A stretch of DNA of 64,000 bases from Candidatus Doudnabacteria bacterium RIFCSPHIGHO2_01_FULL_46_24 (GCA_001777575.1 MFEL01000012.1:2027-66026); one strand, 5' to 3'; counted from the first letter of the stretch, positions 9,124 to 18,985 are shown. Notes: a model not told the origin generated them from the letters alone. Made by a program: numbers and translations.

Positions 9124-9501
9124 TCAAGCTTTTCTTTTGGCTTCCGCCTCACGGACCTCTTCCTCGTCCATGCCAAAATGGTGGGCTATTTCGTGCCAAA
9201 CCGTGTTTTTGACTATTTCCTGCATGTCTTCTGGATTTCTGGCCGCTTGCTCAATGGGCCGCTGAAAAATTGTGATCTTGTCCGGCAACACGCCACCGTA
9301 ATACGGCCCGCGCTTGCCTTGCGGCACGCCTTCATAAAGGCCAAACAAAGTCCAGCCGTGCCGCAGGCGGAGCTTAACTGCCTGCTCGGCGCTGGGCTTA
9401 TCTTCTATGACAATGGCAACATTGTCCAAGAGCTCCAAAAATTTCGGCGGAATCGCTTCAATCCCCTCGGCCACCAATTGTTCAAATTCGTCCTTGGTCA
9501 T
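9124..9501 (-). CDS. Zincin-like metallopeptidase family protein (HExxH)
   Basis: 125 aa. WHEIAHHFG zinc-binding HExxH motif. Size and pattern of the small putative-metallopeptidase (Zincin_1/SprT-like) family. Confidence 0.65.
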   Translation of the reverse strand: MTKDEFEQLVAEGIEAIPPKFLELLDNVAIVIEDKPSAEQAVKLRLRHGWTLFGLYEGVPQGKRGPYYGGVLPDKITIFQRPIEQAARNPEDMQEIVKNTVWHEIAHHFGMDEEEVREAEAKRKA

Positions 9502-9568
9502 TATGTCTTACATTTTAACATATCATTAACTTTTGCTAGAATAATTTTATCCACCAAGGAGGCTTGCC

Positions 9569-9715
9569 ATGAACGCCCAGAATGCCAGGGTTATCGAAAC
9601 CATCAACGAGGCGCTCACAAAAAACAGGCGACGGATAATCGAGCGTCACGCTATCGAGATCGTGATCATCATCGTTTCCCTCGCCATGGCTTTAGTTTTA
9701 GTCTTCCACTCCTAA
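9569..9715 (+). CDS. Small membrane protein (48 aa), not in the ORF track (below 60 aa)
   Basis: ATG 7 nt after strong SD aaggagg (9546-9552). MNAQNARVIETINEALTKNRRRIIERHAIEIVIIIVSLAMALVLVFHS, one C-terminal TM helix. Confidence 0.4.
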   Translation: MNAQNARVIETINEALTKNRRRIIERHAIEIVIIIVSLAMALVLVFHS

Positions 9716-9773
9716 CCAATCGCCAGCCCCGCGCTTGGTCTTTTTTTTTAGATTAATGACGGTAAAATAGTCA

Positions 9774-9799
9774 TGCTAACATGCTAGCATGTTATAATA
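9774..9799 (+). promoter_or_regulatory. Perfect 16-bp palindrome aacatgctagcatgtt overlapping a TATAAT -10 box
   Basis: Palindrome at 9778-9793, then TATAAT at 9793-9798. Points rightward into the 330-bp ORF-poor region 9800-10126. Confidence 0.4.
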
Positions 9800-10126
9800 C
9801 AGTCAAGGATAAAAAACAGGCAAGTAAGTGCCTCATATTTTAGGCAATCTTGCTAGCCGAAGGCAAAGCCAACAGTCTGTCTTAGGACGGAAGAAAAAAG
9901 AAGCGCCGTTTCCCTCCTCCTAGGGGGGCGTGCGCGGGTGTGAGTCATGAAGCAATGGGCTGAGGATATTTGAGAACAGACTCCACGCCACCCAAAGCCA
10001 GAATGGAATCTGCAGAAGCACGACAGTGAAAGCGTGGCACCCGAACTCTTTGGCGACCACTGTCGAACTCATCCATACGAGATTCACGCAAACTGTCGCC
10101 GAGCCGCCAATTGGCGGAGGCAATTT

Positions 10127-10155
10127 TCAAAGGCTCAACCGTACGGTTGAGCCTT
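10127..10155 (-). terminator. Rho-independent terminator after anti-sigma-like gene
   Basis: aaaggctcaaccgtacggttgagccttt: perfect 12-bp stem, 4-nt loop. Confidence 0.6.
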
Positions 10156-10168
10156 TGCTGGTCTAAAA

Positions 10169-11614
10169 TTAATTGTTTGGCCGGACTTCGGCTTCGGGAA
10201 TATCCAGGCCGGGAAGCGGCATGGGCTTAATGATTGGCGCTTCTGGCTGGCTGTCCAGAACATCCTTGACCAAGGGGACGATGACGCTGCTTCCATAGAA
10301 GCCGTCCGCGGCAGACTTGATGGGGAAGATCAGAGATGGCACAAAGATATCCTCCCATTTGCCGCCCAAATCATGCCACAGCCTGACTAAGCCGCGGAAC
10401 GGTGTGTTCAATTCCACAATTTCGGTTTTGGCGCCTGGCTCGCTGTAAGGATACCAAGTGCGGAAACCGCCGCGCTCGGCAATCGCCTTAATCCGACTGA
10501 CATCGGTCTCGACGTCGTAAGCTGAGGCTTCATAGCGCTGGTTAGTCAGCTCGGAGACTGATGAGACCCTATTAACTCTAACACTGTAAGTTACGAACAT
10601 GCCGTTTTTGTTACCGCCCTCGTCATAGATTTCAGCCCCGGCCACTTTCAGCGGATAGACTACAGAGACGACATCAGGAATGTAATAGGACATTTTGTCC
10701 GACGACGAAAGTCTTTCGTAATCCAGCTTCCAGTAATTCTGGACCATGGGCTCACCGAAGTTTTCCCGGCCGATGCCGTATTCGTCGAGGAAAGCGTTGG
10801 TGGCGGCAATCACGGCTTCATCAGCCGGGATCTGCTCGGGCCTGAGCCGATACTGCTCATAGCACTCCGGGGTTTGGCATTGCCGGTCCGGAGTTTGCCA
10901 CCGCTCCCAGTTCTCAGAAATGTTAATTGTTCCTTCCTTAAGGTCGACATTGAGGCCATAGCCGAAATCGCGATCCTCAGCCACACGGAAGTATTCCAGT
11001 TTGCTTTGGCCGAATTTACCGGCGTCAAAAATTTGGACCGCGAACTGGCTGATGAATTCGTTGAAATCAACGCTGCCGAACCCTTTTACGCGGCGGTAGA
11101 CTTCCATTTTGTCTTGATCAATGCCGAAGTCCTCGCCGGCATACACGAATTTGTAATTGGTGGGAACCGGCATGATGCTGCTGCCGCCGCCAAAACCAGC
11201 GCTGCTTCTTTCCGCTTCCAAAGCCGCGGGTAAAGCCGCGTCTGCAGGCCCACCGCCCCCGCCGCCCTGGCCTTTGGCGGAGACGGACACTTTGGTCAAC
11301 GCGCCAAACGCCCCTTCGCCGGCAAGAGCGATCTCCTGCTTGCCAGGCAGCAGAACTTTGTCGCTGCCCGATAGCACGGCGATCAATGCCACCGCCGCAA
11401 TCACTGCCCCGGCAATGGCGAATTTGAATCTGCTCATAAAGTTAAAATTCTGAGTTAATAATTGTTTCTCTTCCCGGGCCATATGCCCAGACAATTGGGC
11501 TCTCAGTCTTAGCGCAAACTTTGGGTCAGGTTTTTCCTGGCTTTGAATTGACCGTAATTTGGCCATCAAAAGCTCGGTCTGTTCGTCTTCAAATTGTTCG
11601 CGGTTGTCGTTCAT
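10169..11614 (-). CDS. Putative anti-sigma factor / membrane protein with large extracytoplasmic domain
   Basis: 481 aa. Overlaps ECF sigma gene by 4 bp. Cytoplasmic N-terminus, single TM (FKFAIAGAVIAAVALIAVL), Gly-rich linker, large C-terminal domain. Confidence 0.4.
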   Translation of the reverse strand: MNDNREQFEDEQTELLMAKLRSIQSQEKPDPKFALRLRAQLSGHMAREEKQLLTQNFNFMSRFKFAIAGAVIAAVALIAVLSGSDKVLLPGKQEIALAGEGAFGALTKVSVSAKGQGGGGGGPADAALPAALEAERSSAGFGGGSSIMPVPTNYKFVYAGEDFGIDQDKMEVYRRVKGFGSVDFNEFISQFAVQIFDAGKFGQSKLEYFRVAEDRDFGYGLNVDLKEGTINISENWERWQTPDRQCQTPECYEQYRLRPEQIPADEAVIAATNAFLDEYGIGRENFGEPMVQNYWKLDYERLSSSDKMSYYIPDVVSVVYPLKVAGAEIYDEGGNKNGMFVTYSVRVNRVSSVSELTNQRYEASAYDVETDVSRIKAIAERGGFRTWYPYSEPGAKTEIVELNTPFRGLVRLWHDLGGKWEDIFVPSLIFPIKSAADGFYGSSVIVPLVKDVLDSQPEAPIIKPMPLPGLDIPEAEVRPNN

Positions 11615-12138
11615 GGTTTTGCGCCAATTAATGCCTGCCGCAGGCTCGATATCGCCCGCGAGAACATGACCTTTGAATTGGCTTCGGAAACGTTCAGGAT
11701 CTGGGCAATTTCCTTGTGCGACAGATCATCCCAGATGCGCAGGAGGATGATTTCCCGCTGCTGCGGTTGAAGTGCGGCAAGAAATTGCTTGACCGATTCG
11801 GCATCCAAGGCCCGGTCCAGCCCGTTGGCTAAATTTTCGCCGCTCACAACCTCTACTGATCCAATATCAAATGTGGGCTGATTGCGGCGGTAATGGTCAA
11901 TTAACGCGTTTCGCGCAATCGCATATACCCAAGGCTTAAAACCGGCGCCGTGTTCGCGAAAAGTGCCGACGCGCTTGACTATGTTGGTAAACACGGTGCT
12001 GACGATGTCCTCGGCTGTCTGCTTGTGCCGGACGCGGTTGTAAACAAATGCGTAGATTTTGGGCAGGTAAACTTCGTAGAGCTCATCGAAGTTTGACCAA
12101 TTCCCCATCTGGCACTGTTTAGCTATGTCTGATTCCAT
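11611..12138 (-). CDS. ECF-type sigma-70 family RNA polymerase sigma factor
   Basis: Region 2 (YLPKIYAFVYNRV...AEDIVSTVF) and region 4 (LSHKEIAQILNVSEANSKVMFSRA). Probable start at internal Met (MESDIAK); track ORF extends to 12228. Confidence 0.75.
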   Translation of the reverse strand: MESDIAKQCQMGNWSNFDELYEVYLPKIYAFVYNRVRHKQTAEDIVSTVFTNIVKRVGTFREHGAGFKPWVYAIARNALIDHYRRNQPTFDIGSVEVVSGENLANGLDRALDAESVKQFLAALQPQQREIILLRIWDDLSHKEIAQILNVSEANSKVMFSRAISSLRQALIGAKP

Positions 12139-12193
12139 GGAATTCCATATAGTAATACGTATGAACCGCAAAATGGTAACAATTTTGGCCAGA

Positions 12194-13890
12194 TCACCAG
12201 CTTCCGCCGCCTCCGCCGCCAAAACCACCGCCCGCTCCGCCGCCGCTAAAGCCGCTGCCGCCTGTGGCGGCGCTGCTGGGTGAAACGGCCTGGGTGGAAG
12301 CTACGGCAAAACCATTCAGGCTTTTGGAAAACGCGATGGCGCTGAAAGTGCCCATACTCGGATCCGAATACCACGAAGGGTTTTGGTTATAAATGCCCTC
12401 AAACTGCCTGGCCCATGCTTTTTCCACGCCCAAAACCATGGCAAAGGGCAAAAGCTTTTCGAATCGAGTGGGATTTAGCTCAGGCGCGTTGTGAAATGCC
12501 AGACGATCCTTCTCCGCGACTGTAATGTATTCCTTCAACCCCAAAACTTGCCGCTTCGCCTCGGCTCCTTTGGCTGTCAGAGCTGGCATGAATTGGGCGA
12601 AAACAAGCAGCAGTATGCCAGTCGGGATCACCCCAATTAAACCCAAAAGACCAACCAACGGCAGAAGTATGGACAAAAAAAATCCAAGGACTATCAGAAC
12701 TCCGCCCCACACCGAATACTTGATCCGAATCTTGTTGGGGTTGCCGGCAAAATAGCCCTTTTGCGTCAGGTCTTGATAGAGCTTGTCTGAAATTTTTTTA
12801 GCTGTTTTGTAAAAATCATCAGGCAGCTCTGAAATCAATATTTCCGGCTTGTCGCCGAACAACTTGTTCAAAAGATCGTTTTCATGAGGCGGCAACGCGG
12901 CAGCGTTTGGCAGGCGGACTAGTTTGTAGTCACTGACGCCCAAAAACTTTTTTTCGGCACCTTTTCGATTTTCAAAAATTCCAGCACCGCCAGATGGATG
13001 ATTTCGGACGATAAATCCTTTTTGTTGACTCGGCCGTCAATAATCGTGCCAACCTCGGCCGGCGTCAAATCCGAAGGCGGATCATACTCGGCCACAATCG
13101 GACTCTGGCCTTTGGGATCGCGGCCAAATTTCCACCAGCGGTGAAGGAGCCAAATCAAAACCAGCAGTGGGATGAGTAATGGCCAAAAAGTCTGAAGTCG
13201 GCGGAAGAATATCTGCATGGCGGTAGGCTGGGCCACCACATTTTTGGGAAAGCCGAACGCAAACGTCAGACCTTCACCCGGCTGCAGGTGAGAGTCGGCA
13301 AACTGAACCGAGCCGTCCGACAAAACTTCAGTTTGAACACAAGATGTGTTTGATCCAAATGAACCGCGGAAGCAATCCAGCTTCAAGTCTTTCTCAGCCA
13401 CAAATTGTGGTAAAAAAACCTGCGCGAACACGGACTCGATGGGCACTTGCCAGTCCGTGCCAGTGACGTTCCAATAAAGCTCATCATGCTCTTCAAAGTA
13501 ATTGATCGCGCCTTTAATCGTATAGCTGATGGCAAACGTCTGTTTCCCGCTTATCAGCTCATTAGTATTGCCGATTTTGATTTGCTTGTTTTTACCAGAA
13601 CCTAATAGTTGAAACGGCTCCGGCTTATCATTGCGCGAGACGGCAACATCCGATATCCGCAGCTTATCCAGCGGGATGTCCCGGTAAATGCCGTGGCGCG
13701 ACAAAACGCCGAAATTATAGACAATGGTTTCTTCGACGAGCAAGGAGGCATTAGGCTGGATATGGATGACTACATCAAAAGCCTCAATTTGCTCCGGCTG
13801 ATCCGAATCCTGCGTCTCGTGCGCAAAAGTTGGCAAAACCAAAACCAGCGCTGTGAGCAAAGCAACAATTAAAATAACAGCTCTTCGCAT
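12194..13890 (-). pseudogene. DUF2207-family membrane protein split by a frameshift (two overlapping ORFs 12919-13890 and 12194-12943)
   Basis: N-terminal fragment: signal peptide plus extracellular domain plus TM. C-terminal fragment: TM helices plus Gly-rich tail GGGFGGGGGGSW. Frames switch near the T7 homopolymer at 12947-12953. Could be a sequencing error. Confidence 0.5.
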
Positions 13891-13899
13891 ATTGACTTG

Positions 13900-16155
13900 T
13901 TATGTATGTCGCGAGAATCTCGGACCGCCTCCGCGCCGACCCGCTCCGCCATCGCGTGAGCGAGGCGAGGGGCCGCCGTTGTCGTGGCGCCCTCCGCGAT
14001 CCCTGGGACGGTCGTCAATGGTGCCGCCTTCCGGGCGGGGCAGAAGAATTTTGTGCGAGAGGTTCAGCCGGCCCATCTGGTCTATTTCCACAATCTTGAC
14101 TTCCAGCGGGTCGCCGATCTTGACCACGTCTTCCACCCGTCCCACGCGGTGCCAGGCCAGCTCGGAAATATGCACCAAGCCCTCGGCGCTGCTGCCAGCA
14201 ACCAGTTCCACAAACGCGCCAAAGTCCATGATGCGGCTGACTTTGCCCGTAAAAATTTCTCCAACTTTGAATTCGCGCGTTAAATTTTTGATCCAGTCAA
14301 TGGCTTTTTTGGACTGCTCCGCGTCTTTGGACGCGACCATGACTAAACCCGAATCCTCGATGTCGATTTTGACTCCGGTTTCGGCAATAATTTTGTTGAT
14401 AATCTTGCCGCCGGTGCCGATGACGTCGCGGATTTTTTCCGGATTGATCATAAAAGAGATGATGCGCGGCGCAAAGGGCGACAGCTCAGGCCGCGGCTGA
14501 GTAATAGTCTGCTTCATGACGGAAAGAATATGCATCCGGCCGTCCTTGGCCTGCTTTAAGGCCTGCTCGAGGATCTCAACGGTCAATCCCAGAGTTTTGA
14601 CATCCATTTGCAAAGCCGTGATGCCTTTTTCCGAACCCGTGACTTTGAAGTCCATGTCGCCGTTGCCGTCTTCTATGCCCTGGATATCAGTCAGAACTTT
14701 GAACTTGCCGGACTCGGAGTCCAGCACCAAACCCATGGCCACGCCGCCAATCATAGCCGTGATCGGCACCCCGGCATCCATCAAAGCCAAACAAGAGCCG
14801 CAAGTCGATGCCATGCTGGTGGAACCGTTGGACGACAAGACTTCGGACACCAGGCGCATGGTGTAGGGAAACGATTCTTTGTCGACCGGGAGCACGGGCT
14901 CCAAGGCGCGCTCAGCCAAAGCGCCGTGGCCGACTTCTCGGCGGCCGGGGCCCCGCACGGGAGCGACCTCGCCCACGCTGAAGCCGGGAAAATTGTAATG
15001 GTGAATGTAGCGCTTAACCGTGCCGTCTGCTGTAAAGTCTTCCATGCCGTCCAAAATCTGGGCATCACCCGACGAGCCGAGCGTGACAGTGGTCAGGACC
15101 TGGGTTTCGCCGCGATTAAACAGCCCGGAGCCGTGAGTGCGCGGCAGCACGCCAACTTTGGCCGAAACCGGGCGGGTCTCAGTCAGCGGCCGTTCATCCA
15201 CGCGCCGTTCTTTTTCCAAAATGTTGGCGCGGATGATCTTCTTAGTCAATTTTTCCAAAGCCAGCCCGATATGGATCGCCACAACAATATCCGTCCTGTC
15301 TTTGAGTTTTTCCGAGACTTCGAGAGCGATTTTTTCCGCCACTTGCTTCATGCCTGCTTCCCGCTCTTCCTTGGGGAATTTGCCGAACATGGCCTTTTCA
15401 AGCTCATCGCGGTAATTCATAACTTCCGCAAGCACCGCTTCATCCGGCAAAATCCTGGTCACCTCCACTTTCGGCACACCAATCTGCTTGGCTAAATCAT
15501 TCTGCAGGCCGATGAGTTGTTTGAGGTGCGGTTGGGCGAATTTCAAAGCCTGGATCATGTCTTCCTCGGCCACTTGTTTAGCGCCCGCTTCCACCATCAT
15601 AATATTTTTTTCGGTTCCCGAAACCACCAAATCCAAATCCCCGGTTTTGCGCTCTTCGTAGGAAGGGTTGGCGATAAATTCGCCATTGACCCTGCCCACT
15701 CTCACGGCTGCGATCGGGCCCTGGAACGGAATGACCGACGCGGTCAGAGCGGCTGATACGGCATTGATGGCCACAATATCCGGATCATTAACTTCGTCCA
15801 CGGACAAAATCGTGGCAATGACCTGGACTTCATTGCGCATGCCTTCGGGAAACAGCGGACGGATAGAGCGGTCAATTAAACGGCCGGAAAGAATGGCTTC
15901 GTCCGTGGCCCGGCCTTCGCGTTTGATAAACCGCGAGCCTTTGATCTTACCTGAAGCGTAAAGCCGTTCTTCGTAATCCACCAGAAGCGGAAAATAATCC
16001 ATGCCTTCCTTGACCTTGCCCATCATGGCCGTGGCCAAAACCACGGTATCACCCAATTGTCCCAGCACCGCGCCATGCGCTTGCATGGCCAATTCGCCGG
16101 TTTCAAACGAAATTTGCTTGCCGGCCAGTTCTAACGAGACTTGTCCTTTTTTCAT
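13900..16155 (-). CDS. pnp: Polyribonucleotide nucleotidyltransferase (PNPase)
   Basis: 751 aa. Two RNase PH domains, KH and S1 domains, canonical PNPase N-terminus, Arg/Gly-rich C-terminal tail. Confidence 0.95.
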   Translation of the reverse strand: MKKGQVSLELAGKQISFETGELAMQAHGAVLGQLGDTVVLATAMMGKVKEGMDYFPLLVDYEERLYASGKIKGSRFIKREGRATDEAILSGRLIDRSIRPLFPEGMRNEVQVIATILSVDEVNDPDIVAINAVSAALTASVIPFQGPIAAVRVGRVNGEFIANPSYEERKTGDLDLVVSGTEKNIMMVEAGAKQVAEEDMIQALKFAQPHLKQLIGLQNDLAKQIGVPKVEVTRILPDEAVLAEVMNYRDELEKAMFGKFPKEEREAGMKQVAEKIALEVSEKLKDRTDIVVAIHIGLALEKLTKKIIRANILEKERRVDERPLTETRPVSAKVGVLPRTHGSGLFNRGETQVLTTVTLGSSGDAQILDGMEDFTADGTVKRYIHHYNFPGFSVGEVAPVRGPGRREVGHGALAERALEPVLPVDKESFPYTMRLVSEVLSSNGSTSMASTCGSCLALMDAGVPITAMIGGVAMGLVLDSESGKFKVLTDIQGIEDGNGDMDFKVTGSEKGITALQMDVKTLGLTVEILEQALKQAKDGRMHILSVMKQTITQPRPELSPFAPRIISFMINPEKIRDVIGTGGKIINKIIAETGVKIDIEDSGLVMVASKDAEQSKKAIDWIKNLTREFKVGEIFTGKVSRIMDFGAFVELVAGSSAEGLVHISELAWHRVGRVEDVVKIGDPLEVKIVEIDQMGRLNLSHKILLPRPEGGTIDDRPRDRGGRHDNGGPSPRSRDGGAGRRGGGPRFSRHT

Positions 16156-16319
16156 CGTCTAAACCTTTTTGTTTCGCAGTCAGCCAGAGAAACCAGAAGT
16201 AATATTTAAAGCCAATTTATAAATTACGGATTGCGAATTGCGGATTAATTCATAATTCTCTAATTTGCTCAAAATAACACCTCTGCTGTCCAGCTTATGC
16301 GAAAATTAATTACTTAATT

Positions 16320-16345
16320 AGATCCCGGATCGGAGTCCGGGATGG
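16320..16345 (-). terminator. rpsO terminator / pnp leader hairpin
   Basis: gatcccggatcggagtccgggatggtc: 8-bp stem atcccgga/tccgggat immediately after the rpsO stop. Same stem sequence recurs at 6970-7025. Confidence 0.55.
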
Positions 16346-16349
16346 TCGA

Positions 16350-16616
16350 CTATTTGTTGAGCTTGAGTTTGTCGACCAGCTTCTCGTGCCGCTTTTCATC
16401 TTCGGCTTTCAAATATCGCAGCAAGCGGCGGCGGTTGCCGACCATCTTCAGCAACCCGCGGCGCGAGTGGTTGTCTTTTTTGTGCTGCTGCAAATGCTCG
16501 GAAACCTTTTCGATCTCCCGGGTCAAGATCGCCACCTGCACTTCCGGGCTGCCAGTGTCATCCTTGTGGACCTGAAACTTTTTGATGATCTGGTCTTTCT
16601 CCTTGGGCGTTAACAT
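16350..16616 (-). CDS. rpsO: 30S ribosomal protein S15
   Basis: 88 aa, S15 size and charged helical pattern with a [16 protein letters not shown]-like helix 3. Classic rpsO-pnp arrangement. Confidence 0.95.
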   Translation of the reverse strand: MLTPKEKDQIIKKFQVHKDDTGSPEVQVAILTREIEKVSEHLQQHKKDNHSRRGLLKMVGNRRRLLRYLKAEDEKRHEKLVDKLKLNK

Positions 16617-16671
16617 CTTTTGCTCCTTGCGTCACGAAACAGCCAGGAAAGTGCTGTCCGTGGATTAAATA

Positions 16672-16998
16672 TCATTTTGGGAATACAACTAAATTGCCAA
16701 GTTCTTGAATGTCGTTGTCAGAAATCAAATTTTTCTGCCGCAAGATATCTGCCAAGCGGTTAACCTTTTCGTCCTCTTTGCGAAGTTTGGTTGTCAAATC
16801 GCCTTGCAGGTTGGCAATTTTATCGTCTAAATAAGATTTAGTCGGTAATTGCTCCAGCTTGTCATGAATCGCTTGAAGTGCTGGTTCTAAATTATGTTCC
16901 CAAACTTGAGTAAAAGCCGCATTAAAAGCTTTAGGTAATGCTTTTTCAAAGCGCCCATCAAACAAATCCCCTATTTGTTTTAAGTCTTTCTCTTCCAT
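16672..16998 (-). CDS. Hypothetical protein (108 aa) immediately downstream of DGR RT
   Basis: ORF only. Charged/helical, no recognisable motif. 4-bp gap to the RT stop. Confidence 0.3.
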   Translation of the reverse strand: MEEKDLKQIGDLFDGRFEKALPKAFNAAFTQVWEHNLEPALQAIHDKLEQLPTKSYLDDKIANLQGDLTTKLRKEDEKVNRLADILRQKNLISDNDIQELGNLVVFPK

Positions 16999-17001
16999 GC
17001 C

Positions 17002-18162
17002 TTAAAGTTTAGCATTTTTTTGGGATCCAAGCAACCAGCTTAAATTTATAAGTTCTTGGCATAATTTATGGGTATTCCCGTGTTTCAACAGGCCTAAATA
17101 GGATTGAGTATTGTTTTCGTTAAATTTTTTGAGCATCCGCTTCTTCGTGGTCGTGCGAAGTATTCTACGGTTCGGAAAGTTCACCCAGCCCAAGAAATCA
17201 ATGCCTGAAGCAAAAATCTTAAGAATAATTTTGTCGGGATGCAAGTCTAACCTAAGTTTATCTTTAAGAAAACTTAGGATTGTAGCGCGCTGATTTATCA
17301 GCTCTGGTCTGCTGTGGGACAATATTACAAAGTCATCAGCATAACGAATGTAATATCTGACTTTTAATTCATGCTTCATAAACTGGTCAAACTGGTTCAT
17401 GTAGATGTTAACTAACAGCTGGGAAGTGAGGTTCCCGAGCGGCAGACCGACGCCAGCCCTCTTCCCATCCCCGCTGGGAATATCTGTCGAGTTGAGCGGG
17501 GATCTTGGAATAGATCCCCGATTACGTGGCCAAGTCCTTGCCTCGGGGATGGACAAAGAGGAAGCGGCTTCGCTCCCAAAGCTCCCAATAATCTCCTCCA
17601 GCAACCACAGAATATCCATATCCGGAATATATTCTTTCAGGATGCCAAGCAAGATATCATGGTCAATATTCGCAAAGAACTTTTTGATATCCAGCTTCAA
17701 AACCCAGCACGTTTTGCGATTGTAGTTGCTGACTTCCAAGAACATAGCTCGGAACCGCCTGATAGCCCTATGTGTTCCTTTGTCTACTCTGCATGAATAA
17801 GAATCATAAATGAAAGTTTTGTCAAAAAATGGATACAAAATCCAGTAAACTGCGTGATGAACCAGGCGATCCCTTACGGAAGCCTTGCTTATTTGCCGCG
17901 GCTTGGGATCGGAAATATTAAACTGCTCATAACCGCCATGTTTGTAAGTTTTATTTACAAGCTCCTCGTGAAGTTGTAATATATTATCAATTAAATTAAC
18001 TGAAAATTTCTGCACGTCTGGCTTGTTCCGTTTGCCGCGGATAAATTCCTGCCAGGCCGCGAATAAATTTTCAAGCGAAATAATTTCTTGATATGCCAAT
18101 AACGACCCCCCCCCAACGGAATTTTGAGACTTTGAATTTACCGGCTCTCCAGAAGCTGTCAT
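17002..18162 (-). CDS. Diversity-generating retroelement reverse transcriptase
   Basis: RT motifs: PKPRQISKASVRDRLVHHAV, SYSCRVDKGTHRAI, FFANIDHD, the DGR-diagnostic LPLGNLTSQ ([IL]GxxxSQ rather than QGxxxSP), YADDFVIL, GIDFLGW. Close pattern match to Bordetella bRT. True start may be the TTG at about 18099. Confidence 0.85.
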   Translation of the reverse strand: MTASGEPVNSKSQNSVGGGSLLAYQEIISLENLFAAWQEFIRGKRNKPDVQKFSVNLIDNILQLHEELVNKTYKHGGYEQFNISDPKPRQISKASVRDRLVHHAVYWILYPFFDKTFIYDSYSCRVDKGTHRAIRRFRAMFLEVSNYNRKTCWVLKLDIKKFFANIDHDILLGILKEYIPDMDILWLLEEIIGSFGSEAASSLSIPEARTWPRNRGSIPRSPLNSTDIPSGDGKRAGVGLPLGNLTSQLLVNIYMNQFDQFMKHELKVRYYIRYADDFVILSHSRPELINQRATILSFLKDKLRLDLHPDKIILKIFASGIDFLGWVNFPNRRILRTTTKKRMLKKFNENNTQSYLGLLKHGNTHKLCQELINLSWLLGSQKNAKL

Positions 18163-18485
18163 CAGGGTTTAAACTCTGGAATAATTATTTGCCAAGGATA
18201 CCGAGGTTAATCAGATATTCCCTGGGAGAAAAGATTAGCAGCTTGTTTATTGACATACTTGAACTCTTGCTCATTGCCGGATATTCGGACAAACAGAATA
18301 AACTGCCGATCTTGCAAAAAGCCAGCATCAAGCTTGATTTGCTGAAATATTTCCTGCAAACTGCTTTTGAACTTAAAGCCATAGATAACAATAAACTCGC
18401 GGCCCTAGCGGTTCCGCTTGCCGATGTGGGCAGGCAACTAGGTGGCTGGCTTAGAGACCTGGCTAAACAAACTCCTCCAAACTAA
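18093..18485 (+). CDS. avd: Accessory variability determinant (Avd, four-helix-bundle), on the opposite strand to RT/TR/target
   Basis: LFIDILELLLIAGYSDKQNKL and ADVGRQLGGWLRDL align with bAvd LFIVAGKSNQVSKL and AEVGRILGSWIARV. Probable start TTG about 18135; the track ORF start at 18093 overlaps RT. Confidence 0.75.
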   Translation: MPITTPPQRNFETLNLPALQKLSSGFKLWNNYLPRIPRLIRYSLGEKISSLFIDILELLLIAGYSDKQNKLPILQKASIKLDLLKYFLQTAFELKAIDNNKLAALAVPLADVGRQLGGWLRDLAKQTPPN

Positions 18486-18513
18486 TGGAGGAGTTTTTGC
18501 AATCCAAAGAAAG

Positions 18514-18608
18514 TTGCGACCGCCGAACCAGTTGTTGTCGTTCCAGTCGTTCACACTGCGCTTGACGTTGACGTTGCGCACGTCGTCGTTCCGGTAGAAG
18601 TTGGCGAA
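18514..18608 (-). repeat. DGR template repeat (TR)
   Basis: 95 bp matching VR at 80/95. At 14 of 15 mismatches the minus (sense) strand base in TR is A. Encodes the Asn(AAC)-rich peptide FANFYRNDDVRNVNVKRSVNDWNDNNWFGGRN. Confidence 0.85.
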
Positions 18609-18895
18609 TCGTGCAAAGTACCATCCGATCTGCAAAAAAAGCAGGCTGATTATTTTGCGGGAATAAAAACCCGACCAGTATTTTACACCAAGTTTCTTTG
18701 GAAACTTCTTGTTAAGCGGCACTCTGCCCTAAGCCTTGACCGAGAGCATCCTGGCGGTTTAACAATGCGAGATAAACAATCTGAAGCCTTAGCCGCAGAT
18801 ATTTTCAAATTTATCTGAAATTATCTTAGCAAATTTTTTTGCTCCGACGCAAGGTCGGAGTCCCGACCTCTGAAAGAGCGTTGGGACAAAAAAGA

Positions 18896-18926
18896 AGAAG
18901 CCTTGTCGAATTGCTCAACAAGGCTT
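18896..18926 (-). terminator. Hairpin/terminator about 60 bp downstream of VR
   Basis: gaagccttgt-cgaattgctca-acaaggcttc: perfect 10-bp stem, T-rich 3' flank on minus strand. Confidence 0.45.
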
Positions 18927-18985
18927 CCCAAAACGCGAGGGTCCAAGGGCTCAAAAGAACATAGAACCCAAGGAACCCGAGAACC

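Noticed and set aside
9028-9756. 242-aa plus-strand ORF
   Set aside because: Entirely antisense to the metallopeptidase gene and small-protein region; low-complexity, no motifs; shadow ORF.
9800-10126. RNase P RNA / tmRNA / 6S RNA identity for the ORF-poor transcript region
   Set aside because: Searched by eye for the P4 GGAAAGUCCGG/ACAGAACCCGGCUUA, tmRNA tag and tRNA-like ends, none present; left as unclassified candidate ncRNA.
14608-15495. 295-aa plus-strand ORF and many other 60-120-aa ORFs inside pnp
   Set aside because: Antisense shadow ORFs within the high-confidence pnp gene (GC-rich, stop-poor opposite strand).
18438-18722. 94-aa minus-strand ORF overlapping the DGR template repeat
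   Set aside because: It is the TR read in the target frame (Asn-rich mimic of the VR peptide), no independent start context; treated as TR, not a gene.
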